From NCBI GenBank assembly GCA_963785305.1, contig CAWAUV010000008.1, forward strand, positions 1,248,001-1,312,000: a DNA stretch of 64,000 bases, written 5' to 3'. The notes under the pieces are model-generated. The model did not search any database, was not told where the DNA came from, and saw only the letters and a program-made list of their open reading frames with translations. Position numbers and translations under genes: made by a program. The stretch is from an uncultured Planctomycetaceae bacterium (GTDB lineage Bacteria > Planctomycetota > Planctomycetia > Pirellulales > PALSA-1355). Of this stretch, positions 12,002 to 22,663 are shown in pieces (position 1 is the first letter of the stretch; each line of letters opens with the position of its first letter).

Positions 12002-12462
12002 TCATCGGCGCGCCGGATTGGCGCGCCGTCCATGACCGATTGCGTGGCGGCTCGAGGCTCGCGGGAGGGTCCGCCCGCGCCAGGCGCTCGGGCCGCGAAA
12101 GCGACCCGACTGCCCGCGCCGGCGCCTTGCGGCCGCCGCTACTTGTGAACTGGAAAAAGCTGTTCCGTGCGCCGCGTGTCGAATGCCGATCGGCCCCGCG
12201 AAGCGGCGCTCGCGGCGGGGTTCCATTATACACGTGACGAGCCGGGCTCGAAACTATCCGCGGATTTGGCGCGCCGGGTTTTGCGGCAATTGCGCTGCCG
12301 GGTCCGCGCTGCTCCGGGCCCGGAGGCTGGTTTCACGCCGCGACGGGTTTTATATTGAACTCACGACCTCGTGGCCTCCATTCGTTTCGCCGGCGCCGCG
12401 CCCGCGATTGAGCGCCGCCCGTTTTTTAGCGATTCTCTCACTTCCCGTCGAGGAATTTCGGC

Positions 12463-13040
12463 ATGGATCAGCGTACGCAGGATAGTCCCTCGGAAATCGC
12501 GCTCGTGGGCGATTTGACCGATAGCGAGGCCGAGCTCACCGACAAGCTGCTGTCGGTCGAGCCGGGCGGCGCTTGCACCATGTATATCGATTCGCCCGGA
12601 GGAAGCCCCTACTGCGCCATGTCGCTGATGAGCCTGATCCGGCTGCGGGGGCTGCAAGTCACCGGCGTCGTGACCGGCGAATGTTCGAGCGCGGCGCTCT
12701 GGCCGTTCGCCGCCTGTGTCCGACGCTTGGTCACGCCTTATAGCGTGCTCCTTTTTCATCCCATGAAGTGGCAAAGCGAAGAGCATGTCGGCTTGGCCGA
12801 GGCCGCCGAATGGGCCAGACACTTCGGCTTTCTCGAAACCGAAATGGATCGCCTGCTCGCCGAGATGCTGAACATCCCCTACGAAGCCATGCACGCCTGG
12901 ATTCATCCGGGCCGCTATGTCACGGGCAGCGAAGTGGCGGCTTTCGGCGCCGCCGAACTGATCGAGCTAACGCCGCTGGCCAAGTTCCGCGGCAATGGCG
13001 CCGCGCGCGGCGACGCAAACGCGACCGCACCGGCAAATAA
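12463..13040 (+). CDS. ClpP-family protease subunit (divergent; true 3' end uncertain)
   Basis: IDSPGGS, GECSSAA (putative catalytic Ser) and LFHPM (His). The computed ORF runs on into the antisense of the next gene, suggesting a frameshift near 13.0 kb. Confidence 0.7.
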
Positions 13041-13071
13041 ACCGCGTGAATCGCTTTCGCCGCGGGCGCCC

Positions 13072-14179
13072 TCAGACACCGCACATGCGCGCGAACTCGC
13101 GCAGATAGTCGATCGCCTCGTCCACCTCGGGCGCTTCCACGCCGCGCTCGCGACCTTGCCGATCGCACGTCGCGAGGAGCGTCAGTTCCTCGAAGTCCTC
13201 CGAGGCTTCGAGCCGCTTGCGGGCTCGGGCGCCCAGGGCGCCGTCGCGCAGCGCCTGGGCTTCCATGTGATGTTCGATCAGCCAGAGAGTGCGCGGCGTG
13301 ACGTGGCCTTCGAGCGCTTCGAGGGCCGCCGCCACATGATCGCGCGGGTCGAGCGCCTTGCCCACGTCGTGCAAGAGGGCGGCGAGGAGGAATTCCTCGT
13401 CGTAGGGGATCGCGTCGCGAGCCAGGTCGAAGACTTGTAGACTGTGATACAGCGCATCGCCCTCGGGATGATACCGGGGGCTCTGTTTCACGCTCTCCAG
13501 CGGCAAGAGCAGCATGCGATAAATCTGAAAGCGGTCGACCTGCCGTTCCGCGTCGACCAGGGCCGCTTCCAGCTCCAGGTCGGGATACTCCGCGCGAAGA
13601 AACTGCTCGAACTCGGCGATGCTCATGCGCTCGATCGGCTTGCCCGTGATCGAGCTCTTCGAGACCTGATGCGCGAGCGCGGCGGGATAGAGCGTGAGCT
13701 CGATCGGGAAGCGGTCCTCGATATGCACATGGGTATAGATTCGCTCGACCCCCGCCTTGCGCATGCGCTTGTGCTCGAAGGCGAACCGCATGCCTTCGGC
13801 CTCGAGCGCCTCCGGCCACCCCGGCTTCGCCATCGACGAACAGGTGGATATCGATATCCGATCCCCGCCGCACATGGCCGGTGAGCGTCGAGCCGATGAG
13901 TCGCGGGCGAAAGAGCCGCAAGACGCGCATCACGCGCAGCGCCTCGATTCGCATCTCGCGCAAGGCGTCGAGTCGTCGCGGGCCTTCATGCAGCCGGGCG
14001 AGCGACTGAATCTCATCGCGAATCTCGCGATTGCTGGGCAAGTCGGCCGGCTTGACCCATCCTTGACAGAGCCGTTTGCCGGCCTTGAGCTTGGCCCGAT
14101 AGTATTCCGATTCCTCGCGGCCGTACATGAGTCGGGCCGCCTCGAACGCGATCTGCCGTCGCAATTTGGTATTGGCCAT
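13072..14179 (-). CDS. Pol-beta-type nucleotidyltransferase plus HD-domain fusion (frameshift near 13830)
   Basis: LIGSTLTGHVRRGSDIDIH (GS...DxD), then YHPEGDALYHS...AALLHDVGK...HH...CD HD motifs. Confidence 0.8.
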
Positions 14180-14502
14180 GATTCGCGGCGCCGAAATCAA
14201 GCCCATCGAAGCGGCGCGGGGCTGTGTCAAGATATTATATCCGGAGCGCCGCCATATCCGGAGAGCGACCCAGAAAAAGAATTTTCTAGCCGCGGGGGCG
14301 ACGAATCGCCGACTGCCCTCGAGCGGGCCCACGCTCCGGGACAAGCGGGCGGACTACCGGTCACGCGCATTTCCGGGCCGTCGCCGCGAATTCGTATCTT
14401 GCGCCCAGCCGCAATAGTCGATAAAATAAGCGCGAGCCCGCGGAGATCGGCCGCGCATTTTTCTGGCGAGTTTCTGGCGAGGTGGCGATGGGAGCGAGTG
14501 CG

Positions 14503-15747
14503 ATGACGAACGCGTTGGCCGTGATTCTCGCCGGTGGCAAAGGCGCCCGGCTCGAACCGCTGACCCGCGACCGCGCCAAGCCGGCGGTGCCCTTTGGCGG
14601 CGCCTATCGCATTATCGACTTCGCGCTCTCGAACTGCCTCAACAGCGGTTTGCGAAAGATGTTGATTCTCACGCAATACAAAGCGATGAGTCTCGACCGC
14701 CACATCAACATCGGCTGGCGAAAATTCCTGTGCCGCGAGCTCGGCGAATTCATCGACGTGGTTCCGCCCCAGCAACGGATCGACGAGCACTGGTACCAGG
14801 GCACGGCCGACGCCGTGTATCAAAACATCTACACGCTCGAAAAAGAGCGGCCCGAGTATGTCGTCATCCTGGCCGGCGACCATATCTACAAAATGGATTA
14901 TTCGGCCCTGGTTGGTTTTCACAGGGAAAACAACGCCGATCTCACCGTCGGCACGATCCGCGTCGCCGCCAGCGAATCGCGCCACTTCGGCGTCATCGAG
15001 ATCGAATCGGATCATCGGGTCGTCGGCTTCAAGGAAAAACCGATCGTGCCGGCGACCATTCCAGGCGACCCGGCCCATATCTATGCCTCGATGGGCATCT
15101 ATGTCTTCACCGCCCGATTCATGTTCGAGCAGCTTTGTCTCGACGCCACGCGTCCGGCCAGTTCGCATGACTTCGGCAAGGACATTATCCCGTCGATTAT
15201 CGATACGCATCGGGTGCTCGCGTTTCCGTTTCGCGACGAAAATCGCAAGCAAGACGCCTACTGGCGCGATGTCGGCACGCTCGATGCCTATTACGAAGCC
15301 AACATGGACCTGGTCGCCGTCGACCCGCTGCTCAACATGTACGACGAGCACTGGCCGATTCGCACCTACCATCCGCATTATCCGCCGCCGAAGTTCGTTT
15401 TCGCCGAAGATGGTCCCCATGCCCGCCGGGGCGAAGCGCTCGACAGCATCGCCTGCATGGGCTCGATCGTGTCGGGCGGCCATGTGACGCATTCGATTCT
15501 CGGCCCGAACACGCGCGTGAACAGCTTTGCCACGGTCGACAGTTCGATTCTGTTGGATCATGTCGATATCGGGCGCCATGCCCGCGTGCGGCGGGCGATC
15601 ATCGACAAGGGCGTGCATATTCCGGCGCATGCCTCGATCGGCTTTAACCACGACGAAGATCGGGCACGGGGCTTCACCGTGAGCGAGGGCGGGGTGGTGG
15701 TGATCGCCAAGGCCGATCATTTTTTTGGCGGCGAGGAAATGGGCTGA
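14503..15747 (+). CDS. glgC: Glucose-1-phosphate adenylyltransferase
   Basis: LAGGKGARLEPLTRDRAKPAVPFGG, WYQGTADAV, ASMGIY, DFGKD, YWRDVGT. Confidence 0.97.
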   Translation: MTNALAVILAGGKGARLEPLTRDRAKPAVPFGGAYRIIDFALSNCLNSGLRKMLILTQYKAMSLDRHINIGWRKFLCRELGEFIDVVPPQQRIDEHWYQGTADAVYQNIYTLEKERPEYVVILAGDHIYKMDYSALVGFHRENNADLTVGTIRVAASESRHFGVIEIESDHRVVGFKEKPIVPATIPGDPAHIYASMGIYVFTARFMFEQLCLDATRPASSHDFGKDIIPSIIDTHRVLAFPFRDENRKQDAYWRDVGTLDAYYEANMDLVAVDPLLNMYDEHWPIRTYHPHYPPPKFVFAEDGPHARRGEALDSIACMGSIVSGGHVTHSILGPNTRVNSFATVDSSILLDHVDIGRHARVRRAIIDKGVHIPAHASIGFNHDEDRARGFTVSEGGVVVIAKADHFFGGEEMG

Positions 15748-15751
15748 AACG

Positions 15752-16191
15752 ATGAGCGATTCCAGCCGCGTGCTTGTCGTCTCGCGCGGATTGTCGATTC
15801 CGCTCGACGAATTCGAGTTTACGTTTGTGCGCAGCTCCGGTCCGGGCGGCCAGAATGTGAACAAGGTGAACAGCAAGGCCGTGCTGCGCTGGCCGGCTTT
15901 AGCGAGCCCCTCGCTATCGGCCGAGGTGAAGCAGCGGCTCGAGGCATCGTATCGCTCGCGTCTGACGGCGGGCGGCGAGTTGCTCATCAGCAGCCAGCGT
16001 TATCGCGACCAGGCGCGCAATATCGACGATTGCCTGGAAAAACTGCGCGCGATGCTGGCTGCCGTGGCCCGCGCTCCCAAGAGCGCCGCGCCACGCGCCC
16101 CACCCGCGCGTCCAACGAGCGCCGCCTAGACTCGAAGCGCGTCGCCTCGGATAAAAAACGCTCCCGCGGCCGGCGCGAAAGCGCCGAATAA
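15752..16191 (+). CDS. arfB: Alternative ribosome rescue peptidyl-tRNA hydrolase ArfB (frameshift near 16080)
   Basis: RSSGPGGQNVNKVNSK; basic tail RRATRPTRAS..RRLDSKR in the shifted frame. Confidence 0.9.
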
Positions 16192-16259
16192 CGGCGAGTA
16201 ATTGAAGCTCGTCGTTCGGGTTATGTTCGCATCGGCGTTGTTTCCCACAGCTAATGCGT

Positions 16260-17001
16260 TCAAAACTCTTGCAACTCCGGCAGTTGGGTGCGCACGAATT
16301 CGCGTTTCCAGTGCGGTTCGTGTATGGGCCAGCAGGTGACGCAAAGTCGCTCGGCGCTGCGCTGCCGCGGCGAGCCGGCCAAATGCGCCTTGCGCCAGCA
16401 GGCGGTTTCAATCTCGCTCATCCGCGGTGGACGTCCACCGCAGTTGCTCCGCCGCCATACGAGCCGCCCCTGATCGAACATGCTTACGATAATCGGCGGA
16501 TCGAATTCCAACATCCGTCGGGCAATCAGTTCATGGCTCGCCGTGGAGAACTGTCGCTTGAGCCGCGCCAAGTCCCAGCGAGCGCGACGGGCACGCGACT
16601 CGAACCAACCGGTGGGCAATAGCAGAATGACTGGCCAGCGAGTTGGCCGCTTCTTCGCGGGCCGTGGGCGGCGCTTCGCTCGGCCGCACTCCCAAGGCGC
16701 GAAACACTCGCTCGGCCTGTGCCTCGCCCACCTCATGGGCCACGGCCCATTGTCGCCGCTCGGGCCGCGGATCGGAGCGAATGAAAATCGCGCCTTCCTT
16801 GTGCGCGGGACTTCGCCGCGCGAGCCGCACCAAGCGAGCCCGACTGGCTTGGCGATCGTCGAGACCCACCGCGAGCCGGCAATGCTCGGCGACACGAAAC
16901 GCATCGACCGGCGGCGCGGCGACATCGGCCGCGGCGAGAAGTTCGATGACAATCGCATCGAGCGCGGCGGCGAACTCGGCGGGCGTGAATTCCGGCAACA
17001 T
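16260..17001 (-). CDS. ImmA/IrrE (DUF955) family metallopeptidase-like protein (frameshift near 16630)
   Basis: ERRQWAVAHEVGE, EEAANSLA, LLLP..WF, F..S.E.IARRM; GGAG RBS upstream. Confidence 0.75.
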
Positions 17002-17019
17002 CGGGCGGCTCCTGGATTG

Positions 17020-17033
17020 TGTACAGAAGTACA
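17020..17033. promoter_or_regulatory. Palindrome TGTAC-N4-GTACA upstream of the IrrE-like gene
   Basis: Perfect 5-4-5 inverted repeat immediately upstream of the RBS. Confidence 0.45.
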
Positions 17034-17096
17034 TATACCCCATCGCCACACGAGTTGCAACTGGGCCAATCAAAATGGCGGCGCGCGGCGCCTGTT

Positions 17097-18389
17097 TTAC
17101 ATCCGCGTCGACGCCGTGATGCAGCGAAATCCCAGGCAGCGACCGCGCGCCGCGGGGTGGCGCGCCCGGCGATGCGAACTACGGCAAAGGCTCGCCGGGC
17201 CCACCCAACTCCCACCGCGCTCGCTTCGCACTCCGGTCGGATGATCGTTGCGCGGGTTCGGCGCCGAGGCTCGGGGCGAGTGGTAGAACCGGGGATCGTA
17301 CCAATCACGACACCATTGCCAAATGTTGCCCGCCATGTGATGCAGGCCAAAGGGCGACATTCCCAACGGCGCGTTCACGGCCGCCAGCGGGAGTTGGTCG
17401 ATCGTATACGCCGCCGCCGGGCAGTGCTGTCCGAAGCGCGATTCGCTTGGGCTTGGCTCGGCGTCGCCCGAGGGAAATTCCCGGCGTCGCGCACCGCGCG
17501 CGGCGTATTCCCATTGCGCTTCCGTTGGCAAGCAGCAGCTCCATGCGTCGTCCGGCTCGGCGCGGTAGCGGCGCCAATCGGAGCGGTTGGCCCATAGGGA
17601 ATAAGCATTGGCGCCAAGCCAAGATACGAGCATCATCGGCCGTCGCTCGGCGCCGCCGGTCGGTTGCCAGCCCGATTTCGTTGGTTCGATCGGCAAATGT
17701 TCGGCGCGATCGTCGTCGGCATCGAGCAGGAACCAATCGGCGAGGTGTTGGGGCGTCGCGCCTTCGATCGAGTTCAGAAACCGGCAATAGGCGGTGGTCG
17801 ACACCGGTTCGGCGTCGATGACAAACGAATCGATGCCGGCGACATGCAGCGGTCGCTCATCGGGCAAGGCGCCGGCGGCCGCGGAGCCGATCTCGACTTC
17901 GGCCGAGGGAATTCGCAGGCAGCGCATCCCATCGGTCGCGCGGCGAAACTGTAAGCCATTGGGCGAGTCGAGCGATTCAAGCAGCGCGGCCCCTGGAGAG
18001 TCGCCCGGCTGCCAGCGGCCGCCCAGTTGCGTGAACAGCGGCGGGGTGTCGATCATCGGCGGAGTTGGCGATCGTCGCCATGTTTTTCGCGGCGGCGCGC
18101 CCGTGCCCTGTTGCAGATAGATCAGTTCCGCCAAATCCGCCAGCCGAAATGGAGATCGCACGAAAACGACTTTGTAAACCGAGTTATGCGGTTCATTGGG
18201 CAGGGTTACGGAAAAGGCCTCTTCCAACTCCATCAGCAGTTCAACGAGGTCGAGGCTATCGCAATGCAGGTCCTCGACCAGCCGCGAACTCGGGGCGACC
18301 TTCGTCCGCGGAAGGCCAAGCTGCACGGCGGTGAGATCGCAAACCCGGCGCTCGATCTCTTCAAGTCGAAGAAATGTGGAAGTGGTCAT
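17097..18389 (-). CDS. Acyl-carrier-protein plus SUMF1/FGE-sulfatase-fold fusion protein
   Basis: N-terminal DLHCDSLDLVELLMELEEAF (phosphopantetheine Ser motif); C-terminal LPTEAQWEYAARG, GLHHMAGNIWQWC, RGGSW, GFRC. Confidence 0.85.
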   Translation of the reverse strand: MTTSTFLRLEEIERRVCDLTAVQLGLPRTKVAPSSRLVEDLHCDSLDLVELLMELEEAFSVTLPNEPHNSVYKVVFVRSPFRLADLAELIYLQQGTGAPPRKTWRRSPTPPMIDTPPLFTQLGGRWQPGDSPGAALLESLDSPNGLQFRRATDGMRCLRIPSAEVEIGSAAAGALPDERPLHVAGIDSFVIDAEPVSTTAYCRFLNSIEGATPQHLADWFLLDADDDRAEHLPIEPTKSGWQPTGGAERRPMMLVSWLGANAYSLWANRSDWRRYRAEPDDAWSCCLPTEAQWEYAARGARRREFPSGDAEPSPSESRFGQHCPAAAYTIDQLPLAAVNAPLGMSPFGLHHMAGNIWQWCRDWYDPRFYHSPRASAPNPRNDHPTGVRSERGGSWVGPASLCRSSHRRARHPAARGRCLGFRCITASTRM

Positions 18390-18905
18390 GCTTGAGCCTT
18401 TCCACCGGCGGCGCCTGGCGCCGAACAGCGGCGGTGTCTCGCCGCGACCAAGGGAAATCGTGGCAGGAAAGAGTTTACCACGACGACACGACCAGCCGAA
18501 GAAAAACCCGCGAGCGAAAACGGCGGATGGGCCCAACTCGCCGAGCGGGATATCCCCTGGCTACCGGCCCAAACGCGAGGCCGTCTTGATCGTCGCTTGA
18601 AACAGCCACGGCTTGACAAGCGTGTCGCCGATCTTCGCCAAGTCCCGCCAAGCCACATGGTTGCCGTCACCCGCTCGCTTGTCGTCCGCTTTCGCCACTG
18701 CCCGCCAAACGATAACCTGTTCATGGAGGTCCGCGCCGGCGCGATTCATGGGAAGCTACTTTTGCGGAAACCCGGGGGATGTCGCAGCTCCCCTTGGGTA
18801 TGCCGCATTTTCAAGGCTCCCCGCGCGGCGCGAACACACGCATGGCTTCCCACGGATCCAAGGCGTCATTTCAATGATGCCCAAGCACCCAATCGAGCTT
18901 CACGC

Positions 18906-19591
18906 ATGCAAGAAGAAATCCATCGTCTGGCCCTCTCCACGCTCGAGCGCCACGCCAAGGAATCCGGCGCCAAGCCCGAGCTCGACGAAGGCGAGCTAGT
19001 GCTCCAAGGCCACCGACTCGGCCTGTCGATCATCTGCGAAGGCGTCACTCGCCAGGGCGGCCATGTGATCGCGCCGCTCGATATTCAAATCCATCTCGAT
19101 GGCGACTCGGGGGACAAGTTTCGGCTCGGCACGCTCGGCATCGGCGAAGATCGCGAGTCGGCCGCGCGAGCCGCGGTCGAGGAATGGCATCTGCTGGCCG
19201 CCGACCCGGTGCTGGCCTCGCTCGGCGCGGCGCTCGCCCCGCGGCGCAAGGTGGCCCCGCCGCTCGTCTGGGGCCCCTGGAGCGTGTTTCTCGGCCGGGC
19301 CGGGGTTCGCGGACCTTTGCCGCCGGCGCTTGGGCCCCATGGGCGCTCGCCGGCGAATTGCTCCGGACTCTCCGGGCCACGGCGCTCGCCTGGCCCACGC
19401 CGCCGCGCTGGACGCTGCGATCCATGTTCGTCATGGCCACGATCAGCCCCGAGGGAGCCGAAATACAGGCCGCCATCAACGGCTTTGTCGATGAATCGCT
19501 CGCCGCGAAGTTGGGCCAACTCGAGTGGCCCACGCCGCGCGACACCTCGCTCTACAAACAATTGGTCGTGCTTCGCGCCGGCAGCGAGTGA
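18906..19591 (+). CDS. Hypothetical protein (frameshift near 19340)
   Basis: MQEEIHRLAL... joins LAGELLRTLR...YKQLVVLRAGSE in an adjacent frame; host-like codon usage. Confidence 0.6.
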
Positions 19592-19691
19592 CGCGGATCG
19601 CGGCCCAATAAAAAATCGCGGCGAGCCCGATCGAGATTGCCGATCGAACTCGCCGCGATCCGGTCGTCCCCAGACCTTCGTTCGCGAATAT

Positions 19692-20795
19692 TTATTTGCC
19701 GCGCGGCTCGGGCCGTGGGTCCTCGAAATCCTGACTCGAACGCATCGGAAATTTCACGATGCGGTCGGAATCGAGATCGGCGGCCTTGAGATCGATCCGC
19801 TGGACTCGGCGGTTTTCGAAAGTGTGGAAATAGAACACGCTGTTTTTCAAGTCGCTGGCGGTCGTCCATTCGGTCGATTCAAGAACCTTCGCGTCGCCCT
19901 CGCCCTGTTCGACCGAGCCGAGCGGAATATCGAAGTTGTCGAGCAGATGAAACAGTTGGCCGATCGCTTCGGGGCCATCGCGGCCCTCGAGCGCCACGGC
20001 GCCGAACAGCGCGGCCCGCACGAATCGCGATGGCGAGGTAAAGTCGCCCGGCAGTCCAAACAGTCCGCTTCCCTGTCCAAACGGCTGGAGCGACACGCCA
20101 TCGATCTTGACCGGCGCCGAATTCATGGCCCGAAGGTTCACGTAGTTGTGCAAATTCGTCATGTGCCACGAGAACTCGGGCGCGTTGGTCATCACTCCCA
20201 ACGGATTGTCGTGGAGATGGAGCTCGCCGCGGACATATTCGATCACCAGCGATTGGCCCTGCTTATCATGAACGACATAGTGGACCGGCGGCACGATATT
20301 CAGCTCGGGCGCCGTGGCTTCGACAACGCGCGCGGTTTCAATCGCGGCTCTCGCTTCGGCGACCGTGGCGCAGGTCGTCAGTAGCCAGGTGACGGGCTCC
20401 CAGGGCGCGAGGGCTCGGGCATCGTCTTTCGGCGAGATGGTTTGATATCCGGCATAGCCGGGCATGTAGTAGATGCCGGCGGCGAGACCTTTTTCATTCA
20501 CGCCGTCGACCAGTCGATCGAGCGAAATCGCGTTCATGCCGACCGCGGCGTATTTGGTTTTCCAAGCCATGCCCCGGCGGCCTTGGGTGGACTGGCCTTG
20601 CAGGTCGAAATGCCGCGGAATGATGATCGCCCGGGACTGGAGCGGAAAGCCGAACTCCATGGTGCGGCCATAGACCACCGCGCCGTCCTTGGCTTTGAGA
20701 CGAATGCCGGTGCAGGCCGACGCCGAACCAGCGACGACGCCCAAGGCGATCGCGAGCCCGAATACAAACGCAACTCCCGCGACTGATCGGCGCAT
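19692..20795 (-). CDS. Choloylglycine hydrolase / penicillin V acylase family Ntn hydrolase, secreted
   Basis: Signal peptide then CTGI...GRTMEF, DGVNEKGL, VMTNAP, LPGDFTSPSRF. Confidence 0.92.
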   Translation of the reverse strand: MRRSVAGVAFVFGLAIALGVVAGSASACTGIRLKAKDGAVVYGRTMEFGFPLQSRAIIIPRHFDLQGQSTQGRRGMAWKTKYAAVGMNAISLDRLVDGVNEKGLAAGIYYMPGYAGYQTISPKDDARALAPWEPVTWLLTTCATVAEARAAIETARVVEATAPELNIVPPVHYVVHDKQGQSLVIEYVRGELHLHDNPLGVMTNAPEFSWHMTNLHNYVNLRAMNSAPVKIDGVSLQPFGQGSGLFGLPGDFTSPSRFVRAALFGAVALEGRDGPEAIGQLFHLLDNFDIPLGSVEQGEGDAKVLESTEWTTASDLKNSVFYFHTFENRRVQRIDLKAADLDSDRIVKFPMRSSQDFEDPRPEPRGK

Positions 20796-21020
20796 GTTGG
20801 ATCCCCGGCATGTTACGAAGCTCGCGCGCCGCGGTCGCCGCCGCGCCATCGAACTGGCGCCGGTCGCTCTCGCGGGCGAATCACGAGACAATTCTAGCTT
20901 GCGATTGGCGTGGCGTCTGGCGCAAACTACGGCCGCGACAGAGCACGAGATCCTCGGGCGGTTCCGGCCAAAGCGTTAAATTCGGCGCCCGATGCGCCAC
21001 CAAATCGCGGCGAGGCTTGT

Positions 21021-21992
21021 TTATAGCGGCGGCGAGGTTCGCACGGGGTTCGTCGCCGGGCTCGCCGCTTGCGCCGCGCTCCAGCGGCGCGTTGCATCGG
21101 CCAGGGCCAAGAGCGCGTCGACATCGAGTTGCTCGGCTCGCGCGTCGGGCGGCGTGGCCAAGCGAACCAGCAGGTCGTCGGCTTGAAATTTCGACATCGG
21201 CGCGCCGCAGAGCGATTCGGCCACGCCCGGCAGCGTTCCACGAAGCGCTTTGCGTCGATGGCAAAACAGGGCTCGCGCAAACCGATGAAAGAACGCGCGA
21301 TCGGCGATCTTATCTCGCCGTTCGTGATCGAGAGTCAGTCGCACGATCGCCGAGGTGACCTTGGGCCGCGGCCAAAACGCCGTGGGCGGCAGCGCGCGCA
21401 ATTGTTTCACCTGACATTGGCACTGGACCCATGCGCTCAAGGCGCCGTATTGCTTGGTGCTCGGGCTGGCGGAGAGTCGATCGGCCATCTCTTTCTGAAT
21501 CGTCACGGTCATCGACTCCGGCGGCCGATCGAGCGCCAGAAGCGAACCGAGAATCGGCGTGGCCACATTGTAGGGCAGGTTGGCCACGAGCTTGTAACGC
21601 GCGAGCGAACGGGCCGCCAATTGATGTTCGACCGCTTCGATCACCGCGGGCGCGATTGCATGTTTGCTCTCGAGCGCGTCGAGCCCGAGCAGCGTGACAT
21701 TGTCGCGATCATGCAATTCCTCGCTGGCCAGTTGTCGCATTTCGGGATCGATTTCCACCGACACCACCGCGGCCGCGCGCTCGGCCAAGAGGCCGGTGAG
21801 CGAGCCGCAGCCGGCGCCGATCTCGAGCACGACATCATCGGCCGTGAGCTCGGCGGCGTCGACGATCATGCGCAGCAGGTTCAGGTCGATCAGGAAGTTC
21901 TGGCCGTGCTTGTGCTTGACCCGGATGCCCGCTTCGGCGAAGCGGCGCATGAGAAACGAAATCGACTGGCCACCGGAGCGTGATCGTTCCAT
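21021..21992 (-). CDS. rsmA: 16S rRNA dimethyladenosine transferase
   Basis: GQNFLID, LEIGAGCG, VANLPYNV, FWPRPKVTS. Confidence 0.95.
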   Translation of the reverse strand: MERSRSGGQSISFLMRRFAEAGIRVKHKHGQNFLIDLNLLRMIVDAAELTADDVVLEIGAGCGSLTGLLAERAAAVVSVEIDPEMRQLASEELHDRDNVTLLGLDALESKHAIAPAVIEAVEHQLAARSLARYKLVANLPYNVATPILGSLLALDRPPESMTVTIQKEMADRLSASPSTKQYGALSAWVQCQCQVKQLRALPPTAFWPRPKVTSAIVRLTLDHERRDKIADRAFFHRFARALFCHRRKALRGTLPGVAESLCGAPMSKFQADDLLVRLATPPDARAEQLDVDALLALADATRRWSAAQAASPATNPVRTSPPL

Positions 21993-21995
21993 GGT

Positions 21996-22631
21996 TTAGC
22001 TTCGCTCCCGGGAGTCGCGCGGGCCGAGCTCCCGCAAATGCATCCATTGGCGCTCGACATATTTGGCCAAGAGATCGGTTTCCAAATTCACGACGTCGCC
22101 CACGGCAAGCGCTCCCAGCGTGGTCGCGCCGAGCGTGTGCGGAATCAAGGCGACGCTGAATCGCTCGGCCTCGACATCCACCAGCGTGAGGCTCACGCCA
22201 TCGACCGTGATCGAGCCTTTGCTCGCCATGAGCCGAGTGAGCTCGCGAGGGCAGGCGAACCACAGCGTCGACCACTCGCCGCTATCCATACGTTCCGCGA
22301 GCGTGCCGGTGGCGTCGATGTGGCCGGTGCAGAGATGGCCGCCCAGGCGATCGCCCACCCGGAGCGAGAGCTCGTAGTTGACATGATCTCCCGTCGCCAG
22401 TCGGCCGAGATTTGTGCGCTTCAAGGTTTCGGGCCCGGCTTCGAAGGTGGCGCGTTCACCCTGGCGCGCGCCGTGGTGTTGGACCACCGTGAGGCAGCAT
22501 CCGGCCACGGCCACGCTATCGCCCAGGGCCACGTCGGCGAGTCCCGCCGCGGCGAGCGTGAGGCGCACCCCAGGCGGCGCCGCTTCGAGAGCGACCACTC
22601 GCGCCATGCCTTGCACCAAGCCGGTGAACAT
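21996..22631 (-). CDS. ribE: Riboflavin synthase (alpha chain)
   Basis: MFTGLV start, GCCLTV, GGHLCTGHID, KGSITVDGVSLT, NLETD. Confidence 0.95.
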   Translation of the reverse strand: MFTGLVQGMARVVALEAAPPGVRLTLAAAGLADVALGDSVAVAGCCLTVVQHHGARQGERATFEAGPETLKRTNLGRLATGDHVNYELSLRVGDRLGGHLCTGHIDATGTLAERMDSGEWSTLWFACPRELTRLMASKGSITVDGVSLTLVDVEAERFSVALIPHTLGATTLGALAVGDVVNLETDLLAKYVERQWMHLRELGPRDSRERS

Positions 22632-22663
22632 CGAAAACCATTTTCCCTGGCGGGCTCCAGGGC

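Noticed and set aside
13041..13440. C-terminal extension of the ClpP-like ORF
   Set aside because: Antisense to the HD-domain gene; probably read-through caused by an indel.
17097..17400. FGE/C-type-lectin-fold C-terminus as a diversity-generating retroelement target
   Set aside because: No reverse transcriptase and no template-repeat copy noticed in the window.
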